Below, piece by piece: positions 8,811 to 18,417 of a stretch of DNA of 64,000 bases. This DNA comes from an uncultured Candidatus Saccharibacteria bacterium. Lineage in GTDB: Bacteria > Patescibacteriota > Saccharimonadia > Saccharimonadales > CAYUUR01. Numbering within the stretch: position 1 is the first letter of the stretch; each line of letters begins with the position of its first letter. The translations under genes were made by a program, and so were the position numbers. The notes beneath the pieces were generated by a model. That model was not told the origin of the DNA and searched no databases. It saw only the letters and a list, made by a program, of their open reading frames with translations. Location of the stretch: contig CAYUUR010000002.1 of NCBI GenBank assembly GCA_964448075.1, positions 94,010-158,009 of the forward strand, given 5' to 3'.

Positions 8811-8847
8811 AAAACAACTCTGCTCACTCTCTAAGCAGAGTTGTTTT
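8811..8847. terminator. bidirectional intrinsic terminator between convergent rpsT and holA
   Basis: aaaacaactctgct-cactctcta-agcagagttgttttt: 10-14 bp stem flanked by A-run and T-run. Confidence 0.7.
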
Positions 8848-8855
8848 TATGTCGC

Positions 8856-9779
8856 CTACTTTATCGAGAACGACAACAGTAAATGCTGCATGGCGTCATC
8901 GGCATCAATCGGTTGCGACTTGAGCGCCGTATCGAGCAAAAGCGTCTGACGAACCCACTGCGTAATGCGTTGCATACTGACCTTCTGGGCTACGGAAGAC
9001 GTCTTGCGTACAACAAACGGGTTGAGCTTCGCCTCACGTGCAATTTCTTGTGAATCACGCGTGCCAGCGGCTTTGACTAGCGCCAGAATATGCAACTGCC
9101 AGGCTATCATGCCCAGCATAGCGAGTGGCTCAACACGCTGCGCCCGCTGTTCTGTATACAAACTAAGTACTCGCTGACGATTGCCAGAGAATGCCGCATC
9201 GAGCAACTCAAAAACACTACTTTGGGGCGAATGTTCTGTCATGAGCTCAATTGTTGTCCGCGTGATCTGTTTGTCGTACAAAAGCAGTTTCTCGAGTTCA
9301 TGTGACAGTAGTAATTGGTCAGTACCGACACGCTCAAGCAAATAGCGTGCATCAGACGCGCTCAGGCTCCCCTGCTGCGCCTGCGCCTCCCGAACAAGCC
9401 ACTGCACCAAAGCCGACTCATCAAGCGACTCAAACACCTCTACGTCATCTTGCTTGAGCAGAAACTTGTAGAATGCCGTGCGCTTGTCCGGGTTCGACTC
9501 TGTAATAAGCAGTTCAGTCGTATCTGGCACGTCGGCAAGCAAGGTCTGTAATCGTTCGGCTGCAGCCTTGTTTGCAGAAATGTCTGCAATGACAACCAGG
9601 CGCCGCGCTGTCAAAAATGGTAGCGCAGTGATAATGCCATGCAAGCTCGCCGCCTCCAACTGCGCGCCATCATAACGTTCTACGGCCATTGCATCGTGCT
9701 CAGACACAAAGGCCTGTATTGCCTCGTGGACGGAGCGCTGCATTAACAGTGCATTCTTACCCAAATATACTCGTACCAT
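8856..9779 (-). CDS. holA: DNA polymerase III subunit delta
   Basis: 307 aa with overall delta-subunit layout (YLGKNALL..., ALPFLTARRLVVI, GTDQLLLSHELEKLLLY, VFELLDAAFSGN). Confidence 0.8.
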   Translation of the reverse strand: MVRVYLGKNALLMQRSVHEAIQAFVSEHDAMAVERYDGAQLEAASLHGIITALPFLTARRLVVIADISANKAAAERLQTLLADVPDTTELLITESNPDKRTAFYKFLLKQDDVEVFESLDESALVQWLVREAQAQQGSLSASDARYLLERVGTDQLLLSHELEKLLLYDKQITRTTIELMTEHSPQSSVFELLDAAFSGNRQRVLSLYTEQRAQRVEPLAMLGMIAWQLHILALVKAAGTRDSQEIAREAKLNPFVVRKTSSVAQKVSMQRITQWVRQTLLLDTALKSQPIDADDAMQHLLLSFSIK

Positions 9780-9803
9780 TGTTTCTCTATTCTAGCAGTA
9801 TGT

Positions 9804-10292
9804 TCAGGCTTTTTGAGCACGTTTACGAAGGATTTTGTATAGTTGATGCTGACGAGTAAAGTGAATCGTCTGCATGCCGATGCGTGCTGCGGTGCGATTA
9901 TTGCGCCGAGCGTTATCGATCAATGTACATTCTTCTGGCCGGCGCTGAATGTGGTCAAGAGCGTGACGAAATATCTTTTCACTCGGTTTCCGAGAGCGAA
10001 CCTCAGACGATATCACTATGTGGTCAAATAGATCATCCAGGCCTTGTGCAGTAATCCCCCGGTACATCCAGGGGTGGTAAGAGTTAGAGAAAAAGACCAA
10101 TACATAGTCTGACTTGAGTTGCCGCAAAACCGGTACAACCTCAGGAGCAATTACATCAAGTTTGCGACGCAGATGCAATCTATACGCCAAAACTTCCAGA
10201 CTGTACCAAAAATAGTGCCGATTTGAGATAGTTCCAAAACAATCAATAAGTAAGGCTGGTTTGCGGTTTATAGTTGTTGACACTTTGGACAT
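9804..10292 (-). CDS. HAD-like hydrolase-fold protein (non-canonical motif I)
   Basis: C-terminal ISSEVRSRKPSEKIF...TLIDNARRNNRTAARIGM corresponds to HAD motifs II-IV. Motif I reads LIDCFGT instead of DxDGT. Confidence 0.55.
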   Translation of the reverse strand: MSKVSTTINRKPALLIDCFGTISNRHYFWYSLEVLAYRLHLRRKLDVIAPEVVPVLRQLKSDYVLVFFSNSYHPWMYRGITAQGLDDLFDHIVISSEVRSRKPSEKIFRHALDHIQRRPEECTLIDNARRNNRTAARIGMQTIHFTRQHQLYKILRKRAQKA

Positions 10293-11137
10293 ATATGCGT
10301 TCCTCTTCCGGCTACTTTAAGCTTAATGATCGTAGTTTGGCAACGCGGACAGGCCTGCCCTTCGCGGCGGAATACTTGTGCAAAATCCATATAGCTACCG
10401 CGCTTGCCTTCGGCATTAACGTAATTCTTGTCCGTTGAACCACCCTTCTCAATCGCCAACGTGAGCACGGTTTGAATGGCCTTATGAAGCTCTGTTATTT
10501 TGTTTTTGGAAAGCCCGCTAACTTTTGTTCGCGGATCAACCCGGACGGTAAACAACGACTCATCAGCATATATATTACCTATCCCAGCCAGAACGGTCTG
10601 GTCAAGCAAGGCCGCCTTAATTGTTGTGTTCTTGCGGCGTTGCAACTGCTCATAGAGCAGGTCCGGAGTAAAATCTGTACTCAATGGCTCTGGGCCAACC
10701 TTCTTCATGAAGTCTATGTTGGGCACCTCGGCTGTGGGCATTAGCCGCACCCAGCCAAACTTGCGCTGGTCATTAAAAAACAACTTCGCGCCATTGAGCG
10801 TAAAGGTTACACGGGTGGAATTGTCTGGTAGTTCACCAATCAAGGAGTGGTTGGGGTGCCCTGCCCCAAACCTTTCGCCACCATCTGCACGATAGACAAG
10901 CTGGCCCGTCATCTTTAGGTGGATCACTAATGAATATTTGCTATCCAGTTCGATCAGCAAAACTTTGGCGCGACGAGCAACTGTTACAACACGAGCACCA
11001 ACCAAGAATGCCTGCACATCTGCTGGCGGATTTGGAAAGCTCTTTGGCCAGTCAAAGTCTACGCGCTCAATGACTTTGCTGGGCAATAATTCCTGGAGTC
11101 CTCGTCTAACTGTTTCAACCTCTGGTAACTCTGGCAT
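10268..11137 (-). CDS. mutM: formamidopyrimidine-DNA glycosylase
   Basis: Starts MPELPEVETVRRGL (catalytic Pro2/Glu3). Contains an H2TH region and the C-terminal zinc finger CPRCQTTIIKLKVAGRGTHICPKCQ. The track ORF's 49-aa upstream extension is rejected. Confidence 0.9.
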   Translation of the reverse strand: MPELPEVETVRRGLQELLPSKVIERVDFDWPKSFPNPPADVQAFLVGARVVTVARRAKVLLIELDSKYSLVIHLKMTGQLVYRADGGERFGAGHPNHSLIGELPDNSTRVTFTLNGAKLFFNDQRKFGWVRLMPTAEVPNIDFMKKVGPEPLSTDFTPDLLYEQLQRRKNTTIKAALLDQTVLAGIGNIYADESLFTVRVDPRTKVSGLSKNKITELHKAIQTVLTLAIEKGGSTDKNYVNAEGKRGSYMDFAQVFRREGQACPRCQTTIIKLKVAGRGTHICPKCQQL

Positions 11138-11164
11138 GCCTCTATTGTATGCGATAATAACGAC

Positions 11165-11407
11165 ATGACGAACAGTTTGGCGGACATCCTCGGTAATCGA
11201 AAATTCGACGAACCGGCAGAGATTGGCATTATCAAGACATATGTACGCAAACACCTTCAGTCTGAGGTGTCGGTTTCTGTCCAAGAAAGACAGATCACCA
11301 TTGGCGTGTCTTCTGGTGCGCTGGCCAGTGCCTTGCGCTCACATTTGTACAAACTAGCTCAAGAATGTAACACTACGAAACGACTAGTTATTCGTATCGG
11401 TCAATGA
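11165..11407 (+). CDS. small protein, possibly DUF721/DciA-like
   Basis: 80-aa ORF divergent from mutM across a 27-nt gap. The C-terminal ITIGVSSGALASALRSHLYKLAQECNTTKRLVIRIG resembles the DUF721 pattern. The family call is tentative. Confidence 0.4.
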   Translation: MTNSLADILGNRKFDEPAEIGIIKTYVRKHLQSEVSVSVQERQITIGVSSGALASALRSHLYKLAQECNTTKRLVIRIGQ

Positions 11408-11426
11408 TCGAAGACGCGTTGGAGCC

Positions 11427-11999
11427 CTAAGAAGAAGGCTTGAGCGAGAAGTCGACGTCGTTAACGATATCGCTGTAGTTAGGAATCTGCGCCTGGAACA
11501 GATTCTGCGTATTGGTGACCTGACCACCGTAGGTACCACGTTCACAGGTTGCTGACCACGTGTTAACTACCTCTTCGTTGTTGCTCGTTAACACATAACT
11601 GTAGCGCTTGGCTGTTGGACATACCGATGTAAAATCAAGCTTAGAGCTGCGAACTTTACTAAAGCCGACTTGCTCTAAGCCAGCCAGGAATGCACTGAAC
11701 GCATCTGTCGTGTTTGGAAAAGTTTCTTCACTTATAACTTTGCCGTTGTAGCCCTCTGTAATTGCCACGCTACGGCTCGATGCAGTTACTTGTACGTTTA
11801 CAATACGGTGGTTTTCTTCTGCATTAATGGCGCCACCAGTAGTCATAGTCACTTGAGATTGTGGCTCAGTACTATATTCTGTCAAAGCTTTAACATCAGG
11901 TGCAGGCGTCGAGGTATCATCGCCACCGCGCAAAGCAAGCACGATCACAAATATGATCAAGAGTATGACTCCGAGAACTCCTAAAAAGTATTTCATCAC
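11427..11999 (-). CDS. N-terminally membrane-anchored hypothetical protein
   Basis: MMKYFLGVLGVILLIIFVIVLAL signal-anchor, then a soluble domain. No recognisable motifs. Confidence 0.55.
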   Translation of the reverse strand: MMKYFLGVLGVILLIIFVIVLALRGGDDTSTPAPDVKALTEYSTEPQSQVTMTTGGAINAEENHRIVNVQVTASSRSVAITEGYNGKVISEETFPNTTDAFSAFLAGLEQVGFSKVRSSKLDFTSVCPTAKRYSYVLTSNNEEVVNTWSATCERGTYGGQVTNTQNLFQAQIPNYSDIVNDVDFSLKPSS

Positions 12000-12076
12000 A
12001 CTGTTATTGTATCACAATTGTTGTAAATTTACAATGTTCTGACTACATACGTACGTTTTGCGGATATACTGAAAGT

Positions 12077-12886
12077 ATGGAAAAGGGTTTGGTCGGGATT
12101 TTAAACGCAACACCAGATAGTTTTAGCGATGGCGGTGAATACTTTGACCCTGATAAGGCACTCGATCATGCCCGTGAAATGTTTCACGATGGCGCCAGTT
12201 TTATTGACGTTGGTGCAGAATCAACGAGACCGGGCGCAACACCAATTAGTGTCGAAGAAGAACAGTCAAGGCTCGAGCCAATTGTCTTTGCCTACACGTC
12301 CACCTTCTCAAGAACACTCTCAATTGACACCCAGCACCCCGAGATTATCCGTTGGATTGCCTCAGAAGTTGGCCCTGTCATTATCAATGACGTCACTGCC
12401 TTCAACAACCCAGAAATGATTACTGTGGCGGCCGAGTTTGGGCTGCCGTGCATCGTGAGTCACCTGCCAAATCATTATGGACAGGATATTCAGGCAGCAC
12501 ATCGGGCAGAAAACAAGGTCGACAGTAGCAGCCAGGTTGTCGACGAACTTATGTCGCGCCGGATGGAAATGATTGAGGAGGGCGTCGACAAAGATAACAT
12601 CACACTTGACCCAGGTGTGGGCTTTGGCAAAACGTTTCGACTCAACTGGGAATTGCTTGAGTTTGGACGACTCGTCCCTGGCATCCAAGTGATGATCGGC
12701 GCCTCGCGTAAGAAGTTCCTGGCAACCGACCAAGAAACTGGCCGACCGTTGCCTAACGCAGATGAATTACGCCAAGACCGTAGCTGGTTAGATGAGCGTA
12801 GTGTCTTTGCCGGCAAGATTGCCTTTAGCAACGACGCCACGCTGCTCCGTGTGCACAATGTCGCTGCGCACGCCACGTTGTTCTAA
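12077..12886 (+). CDS. folP: dihydropteroate synthase
   Basis: GILNATPDSFSDGG, DVGAESTRPGA, GASRKKF motifs. Confidence 0.9.
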   Translation: MEKGLVGILNATPDSFSDGGEYFDPDKALDHAREMFHDGASFIDVGAESTRPGATPISVEEEQSRLEPIVFAYTSTFSRTLSIDTQHPEIIRWIASEVGPVIINDVTAFNNPEMITVAAEFGLPCIVSHLPNHYGQDIQAAHRAENKVDSSSQVVDELMSRRMEMIEEGVDKDNITLDPGVGFGKTFRLNWELLEFGRLVPGIQVMIGASRKKFLATDQETGRPLPNADELRQDRSWLDERSVFAGKIAFSNDATLLRVHNVAAHATLF

Positions 12887-13542
12887 GCAGGATTTTGCAG
12901 TGAGAAGAAATGCCAGTCACCGGTTTCGGCATGAGGCCTGACCACATGAGATAGCTGATTGTAGCCGTTATCGGCGATGAGGTCTTCCATTTCTAGAACA
13001 GAGCCGTCTTGATCTAAGAACGATGTGTGTAAGGTGCCGCCCGGTTCAAGAAATGTAGGTGCCTCGTCAAGCAATTGCCTATTCAAGCGTAGGCCTGGGT
13101 CGTGTATTGCTCGTTCGGCGAGTGTGCCGACTGGAGCATCCCGGGATGGCAAGTAGGAAACAATCGTATCAAAACGCCCTGCTATGCCTGCAAACATATC
13201 CGCGCAAACGATATCAACGGCCACATTATGCCGCTGTGCGTTCAGTGCCGTGTTCTGACAGGCACGATCATGAATGTCAGTTGCCACTACCCGCTCTGCA
13301 CCACTGAGCGCGGCGATAATGCCACGTACACCACTGCCACAACCCAGATCCAGGACGCGTTTGCCTTCATACATGGCAATGTTCTTTTTAGTGATGCCGG
13401 TCGTCGACCCAAATGTTGGGTAGGGAGCAAAAACATCACTTAAGACAACCCAGCCTAAGCCCCGATATTGCAGCACTCTATCAACTGGCGCTGGAGCGTC
13501 TTCATAGAGATCATGTAGATGCTCTGGTGCTTGGGTGTTCAA
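12883..13542 (-). CDS. class I SAM-dependent methyltransferase
   Basis: VLDLGCGSGVRGIIAAL (motif I) and VVATDI. Its stop overlaps the folP stop region, and its start overlaps the upstream ORF by 4 nt. Confidence 0.75.
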   Translation of the reverse strand: MNTQAPEHLHDLYEDAPAPVDRVLQYRGLGWVVLSDVFAPYPTFGSTTGITKKNIAMYEGKRVLDLGCGSGVRGIIAALSGAERVVATDIHDRACQNTALNAQRHNVAVDIVCADMFAGIAGRFDTIVSYLPSRDAPVGTLAERAIHDPGLRLNRQLLDEAPTFLEPGGTLHTSFLDQDGSVLEMEDLIADNGYNQLSHVVRPHAETGDWHFFSLQNPA

Positions 13543-14330
13543 TCGTTGCCCCAGTTGAAATAGTGAAAGCCGCTGGCAAGATCATCCGGCAGCACATTTG
13601 CCCGCAGCATAAACGAAGTACGTCCAGGTGCATTTACGACAGCGTGTTCTGGCCGAAAGTCATCATCTGGACCTTCTGGTATGAGACCTGTCGCTCGCAG
13701 CAATGTCAGTGTTCGCGGCCGCGTAGGAACAGTTAAGGTGCTATGTACATCCCAAGACACGACCTCTTCAGCATCGATTTCTGGGTTATAGCGATAGGCT
13801 GCAGGCGTGCGATTCACCACCTGGAAGTCACCTTCTTTCTCAATTGTAGCAATGGCAATTAACCCGTTAAATCGCTTGTTGTCTTTGTGAGGGCTGAGAC
13901 CAACACCTTCAGGTGCACCATAGTATTCATGGTAAGACATTTCATCTGCCGTCCAGTCCACCAACGAGGCAAAAACAGGCGACAAACCTCGAATTAAACG
14001 TTCAACGTCACGACCGAGCTGGCGCATGTGTGGAACATTCTCAACCGGCGTCTGGTCACCCCTGCTCAGTTTGAGAGCAAACACGGTGTGATTCTGCACC
14101 ACCCGCACTCCCCTTGCGTTGACGTACTCGTCACCGGCATCAGTCCAGATAACCCGCGTCGGGTCTTTCATCTCTGCTACGAGCGCTTCGTGGGCTACTG
14201 GGTCAATCGCTTCAGGAATATTGAACACGCCAAAACCCTCGACGCCAAGATATTGACCAATACCCTCAAGCTGCTCTGGCTTGATAGCAAGCGTTTCATA
14301 AGAAGTCGTCCCCATTGCCCTCTCATTCAT
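13539..14330 (-). CDS. putative 2OG-Fe(II) oxygenase-fold protein
   Basis: LSPHKDNK (HxD) ... RPEHAVVNAPGRTSFMLR (distal His and Arg) at spacing typical of the family. Tentative. Confidence 0.45.
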   Translation of the reverse strand: MNERAMGTTSYETLAIKPEQLEGIGQYLGVEGFGVFNIPEAIDPVAHEALVAEMKDPTRVIWTDAGDEYVNARGVRVVQNHTVFALKLSRGDQTPVENVPHMRQLGRDVERLIRGLSPVFASLVDWTADEMSYHEYYGAPEGVGLSPHKDNKRFNGLIAIATIEKEGDFQVVNRTPAAYRYNPEIDAEEVVSWDVHSTLTVPTRPRTLTLLRATGLIPEGPDDDFRPEHAVVNAPGRTSFMLRANVLPDDLASGFHYFNWGND

Positions 14331-14391
14331 ACCTACTATTGTACTTTATTGCACATCCGTCACATAGTGTATCGCAATAACAATACCAGGA

Positions 14392-14958
14392 TTATAGTGA
14401 TCCGGCGTAGACTATGGCTTCGCCGTTTGCGAGTTCTTCGGGGATGATATCGGCAAGTGTTCGGTTGTTGAGTTTTATCTCGTACCCATCGTCAAACGGC
14501 AAGACGAGCGTTTGGTGCACCGCACTGCTCAGGTCAAGTTCATGCGCAACTTCTTGGCCATGCTCAGTCGCTAGCGTTTGTAAAAACGCTTGGGCAACAG
14601 CAAAATCAGGATAGAAGAATTCCATATGCTCTACGCCAACAATCCCTTTACCAAGTTTTTCTGGACGGGGCTCCATGATCTCAACAATCTCAACCTTGCC
14701 AAGACGCCCAATACTGAGGCCACTCATAAGCATGGCTGTTCCTAGGCGTCTTTCGCCCTTACGCACATACGTAATTGCACGGGAAACCGGACGAAATTCC
14801 TCCATAGTCTCAATGAAGTGCTCTCCGTCTCTACATTTAATAGCAATATGGTCTGGCTCAACAAACCACTCGCTCGGTAAGTTATGCTGGGCAATGTAGT
14901 CACTCGCCGCTAAAGCGAAGTCCGCCACCTCTGCCTTAAATTGACTCATACCGGTCAT
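14392..14958 (-). CDS. YecM-like VOC-superfamily protein
   Basis: 188 aa. PDHIAIKC, IVEIMEPRPEKLGKGIVGVEHMEFFYP and IKLNNRTLADII line up with E. coli YecM (ADHISLRC, IVELPWPGEKRYPHEGWEHIEIVLP, IKFHPWSIEEIV). Confidence 0.55.
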   Translation of the reverse strand: MTGMSQFKAEVADFALAASDYIAQHNLPSEWFVEPDHIAIKCRDGEHFIETMEEFRPVSRAITYVRKGERRLGTAMLMSGLSIGRLGKVEIVEIMEPRPEKLGKGIVGVEHMEFFYPDFAVAQAFLQTLATEHGQEVAHELDLSSAVHQTLVLPFDDGYEIKLNNRTLADIIPEELANGEAIVYAGSL

Positions 14959-15374
14959 CTGCTCCCTCCATCCTTAATTGGTAGATGTTCTATTTCGATT
15001 GGTGTCTTTAGTTTTTTTGCTATGTCAGCGAGGTTCAGATCCAGAAATTCATAACTAAAACCTTGCTCGGAGGCTGGAGTCGCATAGACTATTCTGTCTA
15101 TCTCTGCCCAGGCTGCACAGCTGAAGCACATCAAGCATGGCTCGTGGCTGCCATACATAGTGCCACCGTTAAGATTGTGGTTGCCTATCTTTTTGCAGGC
15201 TGCCCTGATCGCAGAAGTCTCGGCATGCAGGGTAGGATCATGTTCTTCGTGAACGTGATTGTGCTCAACAGCAAGCACTTCTCCATTTCTCACAATTACC
15301 GCTCCGAAGTTTCTTGGTGCTTGCTGCTCGTTACCCTTGTCTATTGTCATCTGCAAGTAATCTTGGTCGGTCAT
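14955..15374 (-). CDS. CDA-fold zinc deaminase (TadA/guanine-deaminase-like)
   Basis: HAETSAI ... PCLMCFSCAAWA (H(A)E / PCxxC). Start set at MTDQDY (ATG 15374), forming an ATGA overlap with the upstream stop. Confidence 0.8.
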   Translation of the reverse strand: MTDQDYLQMTIDKGNEQQAPRNFGAVIVRNGEVLAVEHNHVHEEHDPTLHAETSAIRAACKKIGNHNLNGGTMYGSHEPCLMCFSCAAWAEIDRIVYATPASEQGFSYEFLDLNLADIAKKLKTPIEIEHLPIKDGGSR

Positions 15375-15745
15375 AGTTCGCTCCAGGTGCTTACAGGAAA
15401 CAACATATGCATGCCAACTATGTCGCATGCAGCCTCAACTGCCGCAGAGTATTCCGGAGCAACCTGCCGCTGACACAGTATAAAATGCCCGAACTCGTGC
15501 CCTAAAGTCATTAATCGCGCAGCTTCATCCTGTCGTGGGTTGAGATAAATTGTCCGCGCGTCATAAAACAGCTGGCCTTGACCAATAATACTCCGCTCCA
15601 ACACAGCAATACTGTGCATCCGAAGCGTAGCACCAATGTCGATAGCGCCATTGTCAGCAAGCACGGTGTTATCCTGTAGCCACGACTTGATGCCGTGTCT
15701 TGCAAACAATTCTCTGCCCTGTACTACTTCAGAAGGTATCCACAC
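15371..15745 (-). CDS. ImmA/IrrE-family (COG2856-like) metallopeptidase domain protein
   Basis: 124 aa with LGHEFGHFIL (HExxH). GTG start overlaps the polA TAG by 1 nt. Confidence 0.65.
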   Translation of the reverse strand: MWIPSEVVQGRELFARHGIKSWLQDNTVLADNGAIDIGATLRMHSIAVLERSIIGQGQLFYDARTIYLNPRQDEAARLMTLGHEFGHFILCQRQVAPEYSAAVEAACDIVGMHMLFPVSTWSEL

Positions 15746-18417
15746 TAGAGTTCGCCCCAGTTCTTGCCGCTCACGGTATCTACCGTCAGTTTGACCGGCA
15801 ACTTAACCACCCCTTCCATAGTCTCTTTCAGAAGTGCCGCTATACTTTCAACGTCTTTTTCTGGACATTCAACCAGTATGGAGTCATGAATCTGGAGTAA
15901 CATGTCACAGTCTTTGCCGTCTAAGGCCTGTCCGAGCTTCACCATAGCAAGCTTCATAATGTCAGCCGCGCTGCCCTGAAACGGCATATTAACTGCCGCT
16001 CGGTAGGCTGCTTCGCGCACCATGAAGTTTGACGACTTAACATCGGGTGTCGGACGTCGTCGTCCAAAGATTGTTTCGACATACCCCTCCTCGGCTGCCT
16101 GTTTTTTGACCGAGTCAATGTAGCCTTTCAGTTTTGGGCGAACTTCAAAGTATTTTTCTATGAACTCTTTGGCCTGACCATAAGTCATGCCGGTTGCCGC
16201 TACGAGGCCGTGGGCACTTAGCCCGTACATCACGCCAAAGTTAACAACCTTGGCGTCACGTCGCATGTTCTTGCTGACTTCTTCTGGATCATATCCATAT
16301 ACCTCAGCCGCTGTCATAATATGAACATCTACATCGCGATTGAACTGATCAATGAGCTTTTCATCACCACAGAGATACGCCGCCAGGCGTAGTTCAAACT
16401 GTGAGTAATCGGCACTTACGAGCGCCTTGCCTTTGCCGGCTACAAAAGCCGTACGAATATGCCGTCCAAGCTCGGTACGGATTGGGATATTTTGCAGATT
16501 TGGATCAGTACTACTCAGTCGCCCCGTTTGGGCTATTGTTAAGTTAAAGGTCGTGTGCAGGCGCGATTCTTCATCCACCATCGTCGGCAATGTATCAATA
16601 TAGGTATTTTTGAGCTTTGTGACTTCTCTATATTGGGTAATAAGGTCGATGATGGCGTGTTTACCGCGCAATTTGTCGAGTTCGGTTGCGGCCGTTGAAT
16701 ACCCAGTCTTACCACGCTTAATACCTTCTGTTGGCAGCTTCATTTTATCGAACAACACTTCAGCCAATTGGCTTGGACTACTGATATTGAATTCTTGGTT
16801 AGCATGACCATAAATTTGTTGTTCAACATCACTAATAGTGTCGTTGATTTGATGAGAAAACTTCTTTAGGTACGCGGTGTTGAGTTCAATGCCGCGGTAT
16901 TCCATACGAGCAATCACCGGAATAACTGGCCATTCAACATCATGTGCCAACTGAGAGACTTTGGGCATATCTTTGAGCTGTTTTACCTGTTGGTCATAGA
17001 GTGATTTGATGACCGCAATTATTTCTGGCTCCAAGCCCACCAACTCTTCCCCACTAAGGTTTTCGAAACCTGAACCCTCATAACCAAGGTCGGTTTGCGC
17101 CAATTCTGTAATACTCTGAACGCGACGCAAGCTGTCTATCAGGAACGCCCCAACCATAACGTCGTGTTCGACCGTTGGTAGCTCAATGCCGAGTTCGATC
17201 AATATCTTAAGTACATTCTTGACGTCATAGCCGACAAGTTTAGTCTTGCTCAGGAATGACAGCGCTTGCGTGGCCGTGGCGGCATCAATTGACGCGAGGT
17301 CAATGGTGTAGGTATCTTTGCCGTCTAAACTCAGCGCCAGCAAGAGCGGCTTGCGGCCGTGTTTCCCGGCAGTCATGCCATGAACAAAAATATGCTTAGG
17401 TACGCCGAAATCTACAGCCTGTAACTGTTCGGTGGTTGCAATATGGTTCGATTTGCCAACCTTAATACTACTTGGCATATGTACGGCTGCTTGGTCTTCA
17501 GCGCTCATTTGCATTACTTCAGGTAGTTGTCGTACGAGGCTACGGAATTCGAGTCGTTGCAAGATATCACGGATCTTCTCTGGGTCGCAGTTGCTGACAT
17601 CAAGACTTTTGAGATCGAGCTTAATCGGCGCATCCGTCCAGATTGCCGCAATCTTCTTGCTCAAATACGCCAGGTCTCGGCCCGCTTCGAGCTTTTTACG
17701 AAGAGAATCCTTAACGAGTGCGAGATTGTCGTATACACCGTCAAGTGTTTCGTGAGCCTTGAGCAGTTCCAATGCTCCCTTTTCGCCAATACCCGGCACA
17801 CCAGGAATATTGTCTGAGGAGTCGCCCTTGAGGGCTTTAAGATCTAAAAATTGCGTGGCTTTAATGCCGTATTTGGCTTCAAAGCTTTCAGGTGAGTACA
17901 ATTCAATGTTGCTGAGTCCTTTTTTGAGCGCAAAAACATGAATGTGTGGATCAATAAGTTGCAACATGTCCATGTCAGAGGTAATAAGCATAGTTTCTAT
18001 GTCTTGTTTGGCGGCCTGTACAGCTAATGTACCCATAATGTCATCTGCTTCATAATCGTCGAGTTCATAAAGTGGCCAGCCAAATGCTTCGAGTACTTCA
18101 TGAAGGATCGGGATCTGCTCATAAAAATCTGGTGGTGGCGGTTTGCGACCAGCCTTGTATTCTGGATATAACTCTAGGCGCTTGCGGATATTTGTCTTGG
18201 GTTTGTCCCAGGCCACGCAGACATAATCTGGCTTGAGCCGCTTGAGCACCTCAAGTGCCATACTTGAAAAACCAAACACGCCACCGGTCGGCGTACCGTC
18301 TTTCATGCTGAGATTCGGCATGGCGTAGTAACCACGATAAAACACCGACTTACCATCAATAATGGCCAGCTTCTTCTTTTTGGTCGCCTCACTCATACGT
18401 ATAGTATACGCTACCAC
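15745..18417 (-). CDS. polA: DNA polymerase I
   Basis: 5' nuclease (LAIIDGKSVFYRGYYA, GDSSDNIPGVPGIGEKGA), a central exo-like domain, and pol motifs (DYSQFELRLAAYL, RRDAKVVNFGVMYG, QIHDSILVE). The start is either GTG 18417 or ATG 18396. Confidence 0.95.
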   Translation of the reverse strand: MVAYTIRMSEATKKKKLAIIDGKSVFYRGYYAMPNLSMKDGTPTGGVFGFSSMALEVLKRLKPDYVCVAWDKPKTNIRKRLELYPEYKAGRKPPPPDFYEQIPILHEVLEAFGWPLYELDDYEADDIMGTLAVQAAKQDIETMLITSDMDMLQLIDPHIHVFALKKGLSNIELYSPESFEAKYGIKATQFLDLKALKGDSSDNIPGVPGIGEKGALELLKAHETLDGVYDNLALVKDSLRKKLEAGRDLAYLSKKIAAIWTDAPIKLDLKSLDVSNCDPEKIRDILQRLEFRSLVRQLPEVMQMSAEDQAAVHMPSSIKVGKSNHIATTEQLQAVDFGVPKHIFVHGMTAGKHGRKPLLLALSLDGKDTYTIDLASIDAATATQALSFLSKTKLVGYDVKNVLKILIELGIELPTVEHDVMVGAFLIDSLRRVQSITELAQTDLGYEGSGFENLSGEELVGLEPEIIAVIKSLYDQQVKQLKDMPKVSQLAHDVEWPVIPVIARMEYRGIELNTAYLKKFSHQINDTISDVEQQIYGHANQEFNISSPSQLAEVLFDKMKLPTEGIKRGKTGYSTAATELDKLRGKHAIIDLITQYREVTKLKNTYIDTLPTMVDEESRLHTTFNLTIAQTGRLSSTDPNLQNIPIRTELGRHIRTAFVAGKGKALVSADYSQFELRLAAYLCGDEKLIDQFNRDVDVHIMTAAEVYGYDPEEVSKNMRRDAKVVNFGVMYGLSAHGLVAATGMTYGQAKEFIEKYFEVRPKLKGYIDSVKKQAAEEGYVETIFGRRRPTPDVKSSNFMVREAAYRAAVNMPFQGSAADIMKLAMVKLGQALDGKDCDMLLQIHDSILVECPEKDVESIAALLKETMEGVVKLPVKLTVDTVSGKNWGEL

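Noticed and set aside
8477-8834. Three ORFs overlapping the rpsT tail on both strands (116, 72 and 75 aa).
   Set aside because: They are artefacts of the AAG/GCN-rich repeat encoding the AKKP tail. The rpsT frame is continuous with a recognisable S20 core.
11138-11284. N-terminal extensions given by the ORF track for mutM (49 aa), msrB (36031-36186, 52 aa), the deaminase (15375-15428), trmB-like (23689-23706) and the SDR (29042-29059).
   Set aside because: The family-conserved N-termini (PELPEVE for Fpg, [12 protein letters not shown] for MsrB, etc.) begin at internal ATGs. These internal starts also give sensible overlaps or RBSs. The mutM extension would overlap the divergent 11165..11407 gene.
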